Below, one piece after another: positions 23,764-35,325 of a DNA stretch of 62,319 nt. A program made the position numbers and the translations under genes. Source of the DNA: Octopus bimaculoides (Eukaryota); the NCBI RefSeq assembly GCF_001194135.2, contig NC_068997.1:5171605-5233923 (forward strand). Reading direction: 5' to 3'. The notes under the pieces were generated by a model that did no database searches, had not been told where the DNA came from, and saw only the letters and a list, made by a program, of their open reading frames with translations. Within the stretch, counting starts at the first letter, position 1. Each line of letters begins with the position of its first letter.

Positions 23764-24503
23764 AGGCAGCGAGCTGGCAGAATTGTGAGCATACCAGGCA
23801 AAATGCTTAGAAGCATTTACATTCTGTGTTCAAATTCTGCTGAGATTAACATCTCATCCTTTCAGGGTTGATAAAATGAGTACCAGTTGAGCACTGGCAT
23901 TGATGCAATCAACCTATTCCCTCCCCTGAACTTGCTGGTCTTGTGCCAAAATTTGAAATCACCAACATTATTGTTATTATAAGAATCTGGCAGAATCTTT
24001 AGAGCATTGGACAAAATGCTAAGTGGAATTTTGTCAGTCTTTATGTTCTGTGATCTGCTGAAGTCACTTTGCCTTTCATTTGGGGTCACTGAAATAAGTA
24101 CCAGTCAAGCACTAGAATCAATGTAATCAACTAGACCCCCTCCTCTAGAATTTCAGGCCTTGTACCAATAGTAGAAAGGATTATTATTATTATTCAGTAG
24201 TTTTATTTTTATAACGTGCTTTCACTTCACTACCGAGCGCAGCTATTCTTCTTCTTCTTCTTATTATTATTATTATATAAGGTAGTGAGCTGGCAGAATC
24301 ATTAGCATGCCAGGCAAAACGCTTAGTGGCATTTTGTCCATCTTCATGTTCTGAGTTCAAATTCTGCCAAGGTCAACTTTGACCTTCATTCTTTCGGGGT
24401 CAATAAATTAAGTCCTAGTCAAATACTGGCTTCGATGTGATTGACTGTCTGCTCCCTACAAATTTCAGGCCTTGTGCCTATAGTAGAAAGGATTATTATT
24501 ATT

Positions 24504-24505
<2 letters not shown>
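23400..24505 (+). mobile_element. Head-to-tail array of about 5 SINE copies linked by (ATT)n
   Basis: Recurrent GAGCTGGCAGAAT...GAGTTCAAATTCTG...CTTTGCCTTTCATCC...GGCCTTGTGCC...(ATT)n units. Confidence 0.85.
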
Positions 24506-24593
<88 letters not shown>

Positions 24594-24786
24594 NNNNNNN
24601 NNNNNNNNNNNNNNNNNNNNNNNNNNNNNNNNNNNNNNNNNNNNNNNNNNNNNNNNNNNNNNNNNNNNNNNNNNNNNNNNNNNNNNNNNNNNNNNNNNNN
24701 NNNNNNNNNNNNNNNNNNNNNNNNNNNNNNNNNNNNNNNNNNNNNNNNNNNNNNNNNNNNNNNNNNNNNNNNNNNNNNNNNNNNNG

Positions 24787-24881
<95 letters not shown>
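24506..24881. repeat. (GTT)n microsatellite spanning an N-gap
   Basis: Direct reading. Confidence 0.97.
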
Positions 24882-24882
<1 letters not shown>

Positions 24883-24899
24883 CAATGGAAAGCCAAAAG

Positions 24900-26653
24900 T
24901 GATGTATCAAATTGTTGGATCAGGTGATGAAAGTTGCAGTGAGGAACGTAGCCAGCTAATTAGGGAGAGAGTTAGTTTAGATGAGATGCTGTTTGGGTTT
25001 GTACCAGGGAGAAGCACCACTGATGCTATATTTCTGGTAAGACAGCTGCAGGAGAAATACCTAACCAAAGATAAACCTCTGTACTTGGCTTTTGTTGACA
25101 TGGAGAAAGCCTTTGACAAGGTCCCCTGATCCCTTATCTGGTGATCAATGAAGAAACTAAGGATAGATGAGTGGTTAGTGAGAGCTGTACAAGCCTTGTA
25201 CAGGGATGCTGTCAGTAAGGTGAGGTTTGGTAACGAGTATAGTGCAGAATTCGGGGTACAAGTAGGGGTTCACCAAGGATCAGTCCTCAACTCCTCTTGT
25301 TCATCATAGTCCTCCAGGTAATAACAGAGGAATTCAAGACAGGCTGTCCTGGGAGCTCCTCTATGCTAATGACTTTGCTCTAATAGCTGAATTACTAGCA
25401 AAACTAGAGAAGTTGTTTCAGGTGTGGAAGCAAAGTCTAGAATCGAAGGGCCTTAGAGTTAACTTAACAAAAACCAAAGTGTTAGTAAGCAGGAAAGTGG
25501 ACAAATCACAAACCTCTTCAGGTAGATGGCCCTGCTTGATCTGTAGAAAAGGCATAGGTAGGAAATCCTGGTGCAGCAACATCAGAGGAAGGTTAATGGG
25601 GAAGATAGTTTCTGTGCGTGAAAGGTGCATAAGTACAATAACCACCAAAAATGAACAGAAAATAGATTCCATCACATGCCAGCAGGGAAAACTAGTAGTC
25701 GATAGCTTCCATTGCCTAGGTGACCAAATCAGTAGCGGGGCTGGATGCTCTGAGAGCATAGCTGCTAGAATAAGAATAGGCTGGGTAAAGTTCAGAGAGC
25801 TCCTACCTCTGTTGGCAACAAAGGGCCTCTCTCTCTGAGTGAAAGGCAGATTGTATGATGTCTGTGTGCGAACAGCCATGCTACATGGCATTGAAACTTG
25901 GGCTGTGACTGCTGAGGACATGCGTAGGCTTGTAAGAAATGAAGTTAGTATGCTCCACTGGATGTGTAATGTCAGCAGTGTACATGCAGGACAGTGTGTG
26001 AGCGTCCTGAGAGAAAGGTTGAATGGCAGAAGCATCAGATGTGGTGTGCAAGAGAGACGACTGCGCTGGTATGGCCATGTGTTGCATATGGATGAGGACA
26101 GCTGTGTGAAGAGGTGTCACAAACTAACAGTGGAAGGAACCTGTGGAAGTGGTAGACCCAGGAAGACATGGGACAAGGTAGTGAAGCACAATCTTTGAAT
26201 GTTGGCCCTTACAGAAGGAATGACATGTGACCGAGACCATTGGAGATATGCTGTTCTTGAGAAGACCTGTCAAGCCAAGTGAGATCATAATCATGGCTGA
26301 TGCCAGTGCTGCCTGACTTGCACTCATCCCGGTGGCACATAAAAAGCACCATTTGAGTATGGCCGATGCCAGAGCTGCCTGACTGGTGCCTGTGTTGGTG
26401 GAACGTAAAAGGCACCATTCAAGTGTGGCCAATGCCAGTGCCGTCTGATTGGCACCCGTACTGGTGGAATGTAAAAAGCACCCACTACTCTCTCAAAGTG
26501 GTTGGTGTTAGGATGGGCATCCACCTGTAGAAACCTTGCCAAATCAGATTGGAGCCTGGTGCAGCCTCCCAGCTCACCAGTTCTCAGTCAAACCATCCAA
26601 CCCATGCCAGCAAGGAAAGCGGATGTTAAACTATGATGATGGTGATGATGATG
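24900..26653 (+). mobile_element. RTE LINE, 5'-truncated (RT through 3' UTR), in RPRD1 intron 2
   Basis: FGFVPGRSTTDAIFLVRQLQEKY...AFVDMEKAFDKVP, later GRPRKTWDKVVKHNL, a 3' UTR and a (GAT)n tail; several stops and frameshifts. Confidence 0.93.
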
Positions 26654-26821
26654 ATTTTGTTTTCCAAATACAACTTTGCCTTTTCTCCTCCTTCCTCAGC
26701 AGGTAGGAGTAAGTGTTTAATGACATAATGTACCTGTAATACACTAAGGGTTAACTATTTGATTTATTTGTCCTTGTGTTTCCTAAATAAAGAAGTTGAT
26801 GTTGTTGTTCTTCTTCCACAG

Positions 26822-26928
26822 AGATGCTGATGACAAAATTAAACAGACATTGGAAAGAATCCTGAATATTTGGGGAGAGAGAGGAGTCTATGACAAAGAC
26901 TTTATCAAAGTGATGAGGCACAGCCTCA
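26822..26928 (+). CDS. RPRD1B: RPRD1 exon 3 (107 nt)
   Basis: CACAG acceptor; (K)DADDKIKQTLERILNIWGERGVYDKDFIKVMRHSL, end of the CID (RLLNIWxER motif); GTAAGT donor. Confidence 0.96.
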
Positions 26929-27100
26929 GTAAGTATTATTCCTTTATATTCTATATAGACACAAACATGGATATGTGCTTAAGCAGTTTGTTTCACAAGC
27001 ACATGATTTTCGAGTTCAGTCCCACTGTACATCACCTTAAGCAAGTGTCTTCTACTAGAGACTTGGGCTGACGAAAGTCTTGTGATTGAATTTAGAATTT

Positions 27101-27600
27101 GTGCGAAGACTTGTTGAGGCAAGTGAAATCGAAATCGAACTAAATTCGACGACTGGCACCCATGCCAACGTCGTCTCCTTCATTGGACACGAAACTCAGC
27201 TTGCAAAGACTTATTGGGGCAAGTGAAGGCGAAATCGGGATGGCACCTGTGCCCAGCGTCGCCTTTCTGGCACTTGTGCCCGTGACATGAGTAATGATTT
27301 TCGAGCAAGATCGTTGCCAGTGCCCCTGGACTGGCTCTTGTGCGAGTGGCACATAAAATACACCATTTTGAGCGCAGCCGTTGCCAGTACCACTTGACTG
27401 GCCTTTGTGCCGGTGGCACGTAAAAGCACCCACTCCACTCTCTGAGTGCTTGGCGTTAGGAAGGGCATCCAGCTGTAGAAACTCTGCCAAATCAGATTGG
27501 AGCCTGGTGTTGCCATCTGGTTTCACCACTCCTCAGTCAAATCGTCCAACCCATGCTAGCATGGAAAGCGGACGTTAAACGATGATGATGATGATGATGA
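27101..27600 (+). mobile_element. Young RTE 3'-UTR-only insertion
   Basis: Same 3' terminus as the other RTE copies (...GCATGGAAAGCGGACGTTAAAC(GAT)n); CpG-rich. Confidence 0.85.
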
Positions 27601-27766
27601 TATATATAACACACACGTCAATGTATATTGTTGAGCGATATCTATGTCAGCATGTAGATTACATGAGATCTGTCAACATAAACTTTTGTGTAGGACCATT
27701 AACTTAGTTGAAGTTGAATCCCTTTAAATGTTAAATGCATTAAACCTTTTTATACCTTCCCTGTAG

Positions 27767-27999
27767 ACTCTCCTTGGTCAGAGACAACAGATCTGTCATC
27801 CACTTCATCATTATCTAACCACAACATCAACAGTAACAACAACAACAGCACCAACTCCACTACTACCACCACCAGCAGCACCACCACCACCACCACCACC
27901 AATAAATCACCAACAGTGAAGAAGAAGAAACACCAAGAACACCAACTGACCCTTAAGCAAGAAATTGATGCCATGGATGAAATTGGAGAACCCCCAACG
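27767..27999 (+). CDS. RPRD1B: RPRD1 exon 4 (233 nt), low-complexity linker
   Basis: CTGTAG acceptor and GTAGGC donor; open frame (N)SPWSETTDLSSTSSLSNHNINSNNNNSTNSTTTTTSSTTTTTTTNKSPTVKKKKHQEHQLTLKQEIDAMDEIGEPPT bridges the phase-1 end of exon 3 to the phase-0 start of exon 5. Confidence 0.88.
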
Positions 28000-28539
28000 G
28001 TAGGCTTTCTAAATGTTCCTCACCTTCAATTTCTCTTTTTAATTTCTTACCCCTTCCTTCTAATTGCTATCTTTATGTGAAGGAAAAGCTAGCGTCTTAT
28101 GTTGTCATTAGAATAAGTTTAGGGAGCTGCTACTACACTCTCTCTCTAATAAAACAAGGATATTGGAGTAAGAAGGTCTTTGATTTTGTTAGATGTTGCC
28201 AAAGTGCTGTCCTGTACCAACAAAGGAATGATTCTGAAGGAGATTTGACTCCTGTTACCAGCATGTCCATTGACTGCATAGAAGAAATCTCATTGGCTTG
28301 TAATTATGTGTGTTTTCAATGTACATATTACTTTTGAGATGCCAAATGTTTTATATATCAATGTTATGTCGGTGTTTTGTAGGCCTGTAGTAACTTAACA
28401 GCCATGCTAATATAACATCATTGTTCCACTCACACATATTGAGCAAGTGTCCTTGGTCAACCATAGCCTTCTGACTTAAAGTTCAAAGATAGACACATCA
28501 GAGGAAGTGATTGTTTCTATGTGAGCATAAGCTAATCCC

Positions 28540-28890
28540 ATGCTTGGTTCTTGGATGCCTCTCACAGCATCCATCCAGTTGTCACCCAGTTTAACACCAC
28601 ACTATCTGGTCCTCGGGCACCCACTACTACCTGGTTCTTGGGTGCCTTTAGTGGAATCTACTCTGTTGTCATCCAGTTTAACACCACCATGTGATCTTCG
28701 GGTACTTTTTAGCAGTTCACCCTGTTGAATTGGTTCTTGGTTGACTCTAACAGAGTATACCATGTCACAGTTTAATATCACTACCTGGCTCTTGGGTATC
28801 TTTAGTAAAACCACTTTATTGTCCTCCAATTGAAGCCAACACCTGTTTCTTGAGTACCTCTAACAGAATCTACCTTGTTCCAAACATTCA
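28540..28890. repeat. Degenerate minisatellite (unit about 55-60 bp) in RPRD1 intron 4
   Basis: Recurrent (A)CCTGGTTCTTGGGT(G/A)CCT(C/T)TA...CAGTTTAA(C/T)A(C/T)CAC motif, about 5-7 times. Confidence 0.7.
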
Positions 28891-29095
28891 GGTGAGATGC
28901 CCCGCCCCGTCTGGGGATATACCTTTCTCTAATCAGTCCTGAAGTGTTATTGCTAACATGACTCTCCATCCGCTGAATAAAATATCCAAAAAGCAAAACA
29001 AATGAATAAATAATATTAAAATAATGTCTATTACTGATATTTGAATGTGATTTTGTAATTTATTTGATGATTCATTTACCATTTTTTACTCTCAG

Positions 29096-29222
29096 ACTGA
29101 AGATCTCGTGAAAAACCTGTATAATCTAGAAAATTCTCCATCGAGTGATGCTGCTGTCAGAGAAAGAATTGCAGCTCTTCCACAAGAAGTTGCTGACCAT
29201 ACATGTTTAGAAAAGTTAAAAG
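29096..29222 (+). CDS. RPRD1B: RPRD1 exon 5 (127 nt)
   Basis: CTCAG acceptor; TEDLVKNLYNLENSPSSDAAVRERIAALPQEVADHTCLEKLK, matching the CREPT coiled-coil domain; GTTTGG donor. Confidence 0.96.
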
Positions 29223-29336
29223 GTTTGGAATTTTCTTCTATTGTTTAAACCCGGGTAGCTCTGATTGAGTAGACCTAGAATTAAAGACACTCCAGCTGTA
29301 ACTACCTTGTCTTTTGTGTGTGTGTGTATTACCACT

Positions 29337-29592
29337 GCCATATAAAAAGCACCATTCAAGCGTAGCTGATGCCAGTGCTGCCTGACTGGCTCTCATGCCG
29401 GTGGCACGTAAAAAGCACCCACTACACTCTTGGAGTGGTTGGCGTTAGGAAAGGAATCCAGCTGTAGAAACCTTGTAAAATCATATTGGAGCCTGGTGCA
29501 GCTTCCCGGCTTGCCAGTTCTAAGTCAAACCGTCCAACCCATACCAATATGGAAAGTGGACGTTAAACGACAATGATGATGATGATGATGAT
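29337..29592 (+). mobile_element. RTE 3'-UTR fragment
   Basis: Family 3' terminus with a (GAT)n tail. Confidence 0.8.
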
Positions 29593-31001
29593 GTATGTCC
29601 TCTTTCTCGTACCTCTCTCTCTTTCTCACTCTCTCTGGCCAGATAACCACATACCTCCTCTATAGCAAGACACCTGTTTCTACCTCTCTGTCACACTCCA
29701 ACCTTTCATCATCTGACACAAGATCACCTCCTCCAATGTCCCCTTCCCTCTCAAAATTCCCTGTCTTGTAAGTTGGTGACCCTGCTGGTGCTGGTGCCAC
29801 ATAAAAAGCATCCAGTCCACACTCTAAAGTGGTTGGCAGTTGGAAGAAGGGCATCCAATTGTAAAAATCATGCCAAAACTGACTTCATCTGTGCTGATGC
29901 CATGTAAAAAGCACTCAGTCCACCCTGTGGAGTGGTTGGTGTTAGGAAGGGCATCCAGCCGTAAAAAACTTGCCAAAAGAGACACAATAGACTGGGGTAG
30001 TCTTCTACCTAGCTGGCTCCTGTCAATCATCCTACCCATGCATGCATGGAAGATGGACGTTAAATGATGATGATGTGTAGGCCTGTTATGTAGCTAGTGT
30101 ATCATTCTTTTTATAATATGGTAGAGCGTAATTTGAGGAATATCTGGCTGTTATTTTTAGCAGGTGGTGTGACCATGTAATGGCTCTTTTGTTGGCTTAT
30201 TTTTTTGTTTAGCTTTCCTCCAAAAAGTCATCATCTAACACCCATTCCCCTATCAATCTTCTAACTGCAATACTACTCACTCAGGTGTTGTAAATGATAC
30301 CACCTTCCCCCCCCCTCCCCTCCATTTCACATTGTATCCTTACTACTGTCCCTTATTACTTTCTTCTCTTTCCTCACCCATTACTATTTCCTTTCCTTCA
30401 ATTTCTCTCCTGCAAATTGATATTCATGCCCTTCAGACTGATGTTTTGTTTTATTTACAAGGTAAAAATGGGAACAGGACAGAACAAAATCTGGTCCTTG
30501 TTGCTTTTTTTATCCTGGGTCAATCTGATTGAGCAAGTGATCCAGCTATGCTGTTAAATTAAGCTTTTTTCTATACACTCTAGAATGTAAAATGTGCACA
30601 ACGCATCCCAGATATGTGTCAGCTGTTCTCAGGAGTATTTGTGATTGTATATGAGGTTTATATTTTCTCTGTCTCAAATCAACAGTATATTCACGTGTGT
30701 ATATAATAGTACTTTATCATCCGAGGTCAAAAAAGGGTATTCTGATTTGCATCTATAACATCTGTACTTTACTGTTTCAGGTCAACAAAATTAATATATG
30801 TTTGTGTGTGTCATATCAGTACCAACCCAGAGCAATACTCTAAAGGGGCTTACTAGTGTGCCTTTTGTAGAGAGTTAGTAACTATACAAAACCTTATTAT
30901 TTTCTGGGCCTTGGTTTTCCTAAGGATATCAAGTCAGGAGAAAAGTAACTGAAATCAAATCATCTGTCTATTTCTTGAACAATGGAATCCTTTGTTTGCA
31001 G

Positions 31002-31177
31002 ATAAAGAAGATGCACAGAAGTTGTCTGAAACAGTAGATGAAGCTTATAGTTTGTTGACTGAGTACAACCAAAGACTGAGCCAAGAACTCATAGACAGGA
31101 AAGAAAATGCTCGTATGGTGCGGACCTACCTGAATCTTCAACGAGATCTTCTACAAATTGCAGAGTCTAGACTCATT
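31002..31177 (+). CDS. RPRD1B: RPRD1 exon 6 (176 nt)
   Basis: TTGCAG acceptor; (D)KEDAQKLSETVDEAYSLLTEYNQRLSQELIDRKENARMVRTYLNLQRDLLQIAESRLI; GTAAGA donor. Confidence 0.96.
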
Positions 31178-31213
31178 GTAAGATTATTTTTGTTTTCTTT
31201 TGAGCTTTTACAT

Positions 31214-31461
31214 TAGTGGTTCCCAAAATGGGGTGGTGCTGTCCCCCTGGTGGTGGTGGGGTGGTAATGGGGTGGCCAGAAGAGGCAATGGATGTAAAAA
31301 ACAAAATATTGAATTAATTAGACGAAAGTTTTATTTGTGAAATACAATTGTTTTGAATTTGCTGCAGGAAATGATCTAGATTTGTGGTGTTGAAGGGGTG
31401 CACTAGGAATGTGGTCTGAGTGCCATGGGGGTGGCAGCCTGAAAAAGTTTGGGAACCACTG
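31214..31461. mobile_element. hAT-type MITE
   Basis: Termini TAGTGGTTCCCAAA...TTTGGGAACCACTG; degenerate 8-bp TSD TTTTACAT/TTTTATCT. Confidence 0.78.
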
Positions 31462-32418
31462 TTTTATCTGAACAATTTTGTTTTTAATGTTTCCTGCTCT
31501 GTGTGAATAAAATATCCGACCACAATTAGAGACTGGATAGGTTTAAATGTTTTAATTGTACACTGTAAAAATGAGGTTAATAGGTTGGATAATTATAATC
31601 TTGTTAAGAAAAACACATATCAGGCATGTAAACAATTGACACAAATAAGACAAAGATGATTGGCGATTGATCTGAATGGAAATTAGTGTGACTGTGTGAT
31701 TAATAAGTTTGCTTCCCAACCACATGGTTTTGGGTTCAGTCCCAGAGCAAGGCAGCTTGGGCAAGTGTCTATTACAATAGCTCCAGATTGGCCAAAGCCT
31801 TGTTGTAAATGGTTTTAGTTGCTGGAAACTGAAGGCTGTGAATGTATGTTTGTGTATGTTTGTCTTGATGTCACATGGTTGTTACAACTATCAATAATTT
31901 GCAAGTGAGGTCCTTTGTTTCTAATCTTCTGTGATTGAAAAACATTACCTTGCTTGGAAAAAGGTGAGGATTGGCGTCAGGAAGAGCATTTGACCATAGA
32001 AAATTTGCCTTGATGAATACCTTCTGACATGCAATCATGGAATAATGGGTGATAGGTCGAATGTAATCAGGGGAGGTCATCTAGTATACTTTGATCCATT
32101 AGTATTCATGTTACTCCGTTAAATGTAATACTTATTTATTCACATTGTTTTGAATTAATTATGCATCATCTTGTATCTTTGAAATTTTCATAATGGCATT
32201 GAAGGATATGCATAACAGGCTGGATTTGGCTGGTTTCAACGTAGAACAACTAGAATGTTTTTGGCTGGATATAGCTGGTTTAAATGCTTAAAGGGTTAAG
32301 CACACTCACCTTTAAATATATTAATAGTTTAAAACAAAAACCATTTTTTGTTCTTTTCTGTGTGTATCTTGTTACATTTAGTTTATATTTTGAAGCATTA
32401 ACATTTTATTTATTGTAG

Positions 32419-32553
32419 GAATACAAACGAAAGTTGACCAATGTGACGACAGTCCGTGAAGAGTTACAGTCACACATCCAAAACTTACCAGACTTAACAT
32501 TATTACAAGATGTTACCCCATTACCATCCGCAGGAGACCTCTTTTCCATTTGA
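32419..32553 (+). CDS. RPRD1B: RPRD1 exon 7, final coding exon (135 nt including TGA)
   Basis: TGTAG acceptor; EYKRKLTNVTTVREELQSHIQNLPDLTLLQDVTPLPSAGDLFSI*, ending in the conserved PLPSAGDLF motif. The joined CDS is 352 aa with no internal stop. Confidence 0.97.
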   Translation, partial: EYKRKLTNVTTVREELQSHIQNLPDLTLLQDVTPLPSAGDLFSI

Positions 32554-32617
32554 CCAACCACAACATTAATGAAGTCTTTTTTTTTAATGTTTTTGTTATC
32601 CCTCCACCCCATTTTAG

Positions 32618-32872
32618 AATAAATTAGTTATAATGCTAACAGGAAACAATGAAAAAAAAAATCCAACTGACATCAAATTTGTTTTCTTTCAAGGTTTGTA
32701 TATTGACCATGGCAAACACAGTTGTATTGGGCAACTGTTGAAGATGTACATTTTTTTCTTTCAATATATTATTCTTATATACTAGCTTTTGTTTTTCTTT
32801 ATTAATGCCTTGTGATGTTAGTTATATTCCTTTTTACATTTCATCTGTGGGATGAGGAATCAATACAATAAA
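32618..32872 (+). terminator. Candidate polyadenylation signals of RPRD1 (AATAAA at 32618-32623 and 32867-32872)
   Basis: Hexamers in a T-rich stretch downstream of the stop; which one is used cannot be told from sequence. Confidence 0.45.
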
Positions 32873-33387
32873 GTACCAGTGATTTATTCAACCCTAGGTT
32901 ACCATCAACCTGCACACCTATGATTATCATGTCTTTTTTTTTTTTTAGTTAGAGAAGGTAGTTTCCATGACATGTTACAAGGCCTCCAAGACTGGTGAGA
33001 TGGAGGAAGATATTCTTAAACTGGACACTTAACCTGAAAACTCCTAACAGGGTGAGTGGACTCTGCTGAAGTTTCAGTTGTAGTGTTAAATTGAGCTACC
33101 GTGCAAGTGGGCCATAATGGGATTTGCATCTAGAATGCCAAGAGTTAGAACAAATACCACAAGGTATCCATCCTTTCTTACAATCCTACCAATTCACTAC
33201 AAAAGCATGTCTGTCCTGGATATGTTGGGCAATGTTTGTAAACAAAAGGCTCGTTTTTATGTCACTTATTTCTAGTCCTCCATACCAGTAAGTCTGAGCT
33301 GTTTAGTGTTTGCTAGACTGAGAGATTATTACCTCGCTTAGCTGTAGAAAACTCTGCTCTTTACAAGCATAGAAAAGTAAAGATGAA

Positions 33388-33424
<37 letters not shown>

Positions 33425-33426
<2 letters not shown>

Positions 33427-33760
33427 TGGATGTATGGTAAGATGTTTGTTTCCCAACCACATGGTTCTGGGTTCAGCCTCACTGCATGGCACCTTGGGCA
33501 AGTGTTTTCTACTATAGCCTTGGGCTGACCAAAACCTTGTGAATGGATTTGAGACAGAAACTGAAAAGAAACCTATCATGTGTGTGCATCTTTGTCCCCA
33601 CCACTGCCTGACACCATTCGGCGAAAAAGACTATTTAAATAAGTACCAAGCTTTAAAAAATAAGTAGTAGGGTCCATTCGTTCAGCTAAAAATTCTTCAA
33701 GGTGGTGCCCCAGTGTGGCAACAGTCTAATGACTGAAACAAGTGAAAGATTAATGATGAT
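33425..33760 (+). mobile_element. Second SINE family (tRNA-like head, CCTTGGGCAAGTG core, GGAAACTGAAAGAAG motif); other copies at about 9865-10205, 10245-10390, 26965-27095, 31690-32070 and 56040-56400
   Basis: Recurrent GTTTCCCAACCACATGGTTC...GGCACCTTGGGCAAGTG...CTACTATAGCC motifs. Confidence 0.72.
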
Positions 33761-35114
33761 TATTCACACACACACACACTGGATCCATGACCAGATACGT
33801 TGAGAGACTTTCATCTCCATGGGTCTTTCATCACTACAAAGACACACTACATTCATTCATTGATAGAAACACCCTCACCAAACATAACACAAAAAGTTAC
33901 AGTCAGGTATGGCGAGACTTACTCAAATTGACAAATGAAATTACAGATATTTTACTCCTCCCATCCCCCTTATATTTTGATTATGATGAAAATTTATAGA
34001 AAAAACACCTAGGAAATGATCTTGTTTGAAATATTTAACCACCGAAAGGTTTAAAAGCAGGAAAATTGCAACTACTAAAAACATACAAGAATAAACAAAA
34101 AGACAAATGAAAGTTTTTCTTATATTTTTTTTTTACCTTTCAAATTTTTATTCAAGTATGTAAAAAGTACAAAGACAATAGTTGGACCTGAAGTATTTCA
34201 CATAGTTTAGGAGTTTTTAAAAATTTTTTGGTTGAATTTTTTAAGGAGGGGGGATATTTTTTTTTGTTTTTTTTTTTAATTGATACAAAAATACTTTTTT
34301 TTAACCTTTTTTTTTTTTTTGAAATTATAATTTTTTAAATATTTTTTTAAAAATTGTTTCCTTTTTTTTTCCTGTCAAGTTTTTTTTCCACCCATCTTCC
34401 CTCACAGAGCAACGTGATCTCTTTCACATGACAACAGTGGATTTAATAATGGAATTAAATAGAGAGTAGACGGGGCATGAGTGAGGATAGGGCAAAAAGA
34501 TTTATACAAAGAGCTTGAAGAATATACAAATAGGCTCTGATCAAGCAGAAAGACAAACAAAAGTATTCCAAAGGGTGGGTATCTAAGAGNNNNNNNNNNA
34601 TAGAGAGTAGACGGGGCATGAGTGAGGATAGGGCAAAAAGATTTATACAAAGAGCTTGAAGAATATACAAATAGGCTCTGATCAAGCAGAAAGACAAACA
34701 AAAGTATTCCAAAGGGTGGGTATCTAAGAGTACATCATCTAATATGTCCTCTTCTTTTTTAGAACAGTGTGGGTGTGACTTGAAAAAAATTGGGTTGCTA
34801 TTTCTTCACTATGAAAGGTTTCCCTCTCCACTTGACTTGGACTACTACAGGGGGGGGGGGGGTTTTGCTAGAATGTAGTTGCAGGTAAAGACAGTAAAAA
34901 GGATGGTACTTCTGGCCCAGTGAGTGAGAGGTACTTCCAACCCAGTGAAAATTTAGAGTAGTAAAACTAAATAAGGGCAATAAACAATCAACCAAAACAA
35001 GTCATCAGTAATAGTAGTGTACTAATAGCAGTAGTAAGAGATTCTTTTAACTTGCATGCTGTCTTCATTTAGAGGACAGAATGGCTTGTGTGTGTGTTTA
35101 TGTATATAATAATA

Positions 35115-35325
35115 ATAATAATTACTGTAGGCACAAGGCCTGAAATTTTGAGAGAATTAAGTTGATTACACTGACCCCAGTATATGACTGGTTCTTATTT
35201 GATCAACCCTGAAAGGATGAAAGGCAACATTGACCATGGCAGAATTTGAGTTCAGACCATGAAGAGCTGGAGGAAATGTCTAAGCATTCTTTACTGACAC
35301 ACTAATGATTCTGCCAGCTTGCTGA
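35115..35325 (-). mobile_element. Single decayed copy of the same SINE; further copies at about 4580-4795, 6470-6770, 46840-47050 and 48700-49000
   Basis: Motif match. Confidence 0.75.

Noticed and set aside
23400-24505. Regularly spaced repeats resembling a CRISPR array
   Set aside because: Eukaryotic context; the units are ~200-bp SINEs with microsatellite linkers, with no unique spacers or cas genes.
25418-26035. 205-aa and similar minus-strand ORFs (also 20739-21230, 58795-59286, 59359-59805)
   Set aside because: Antisense shadows of RTE, mariner or Gypsy coding sequence.
34100-34400. Extreme T-homopolymer-rich stretch
   Set aside because: Looks like low-quality read-end sequence near a contig edge; no interpretable structure.
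34408-34580. Possible plus-strand exon after CCCTCACAG
   Set aside because: Stops in all frames, and it overlaps the duplicated contig-end artefact.
34459-34730. Exact 131-bp direct repeat (34459-34589 and 34600-34730)
   Set aside because: The copies are identical and sit on either side of a 10-N gap, typical of unmerged overlapping contig ends.
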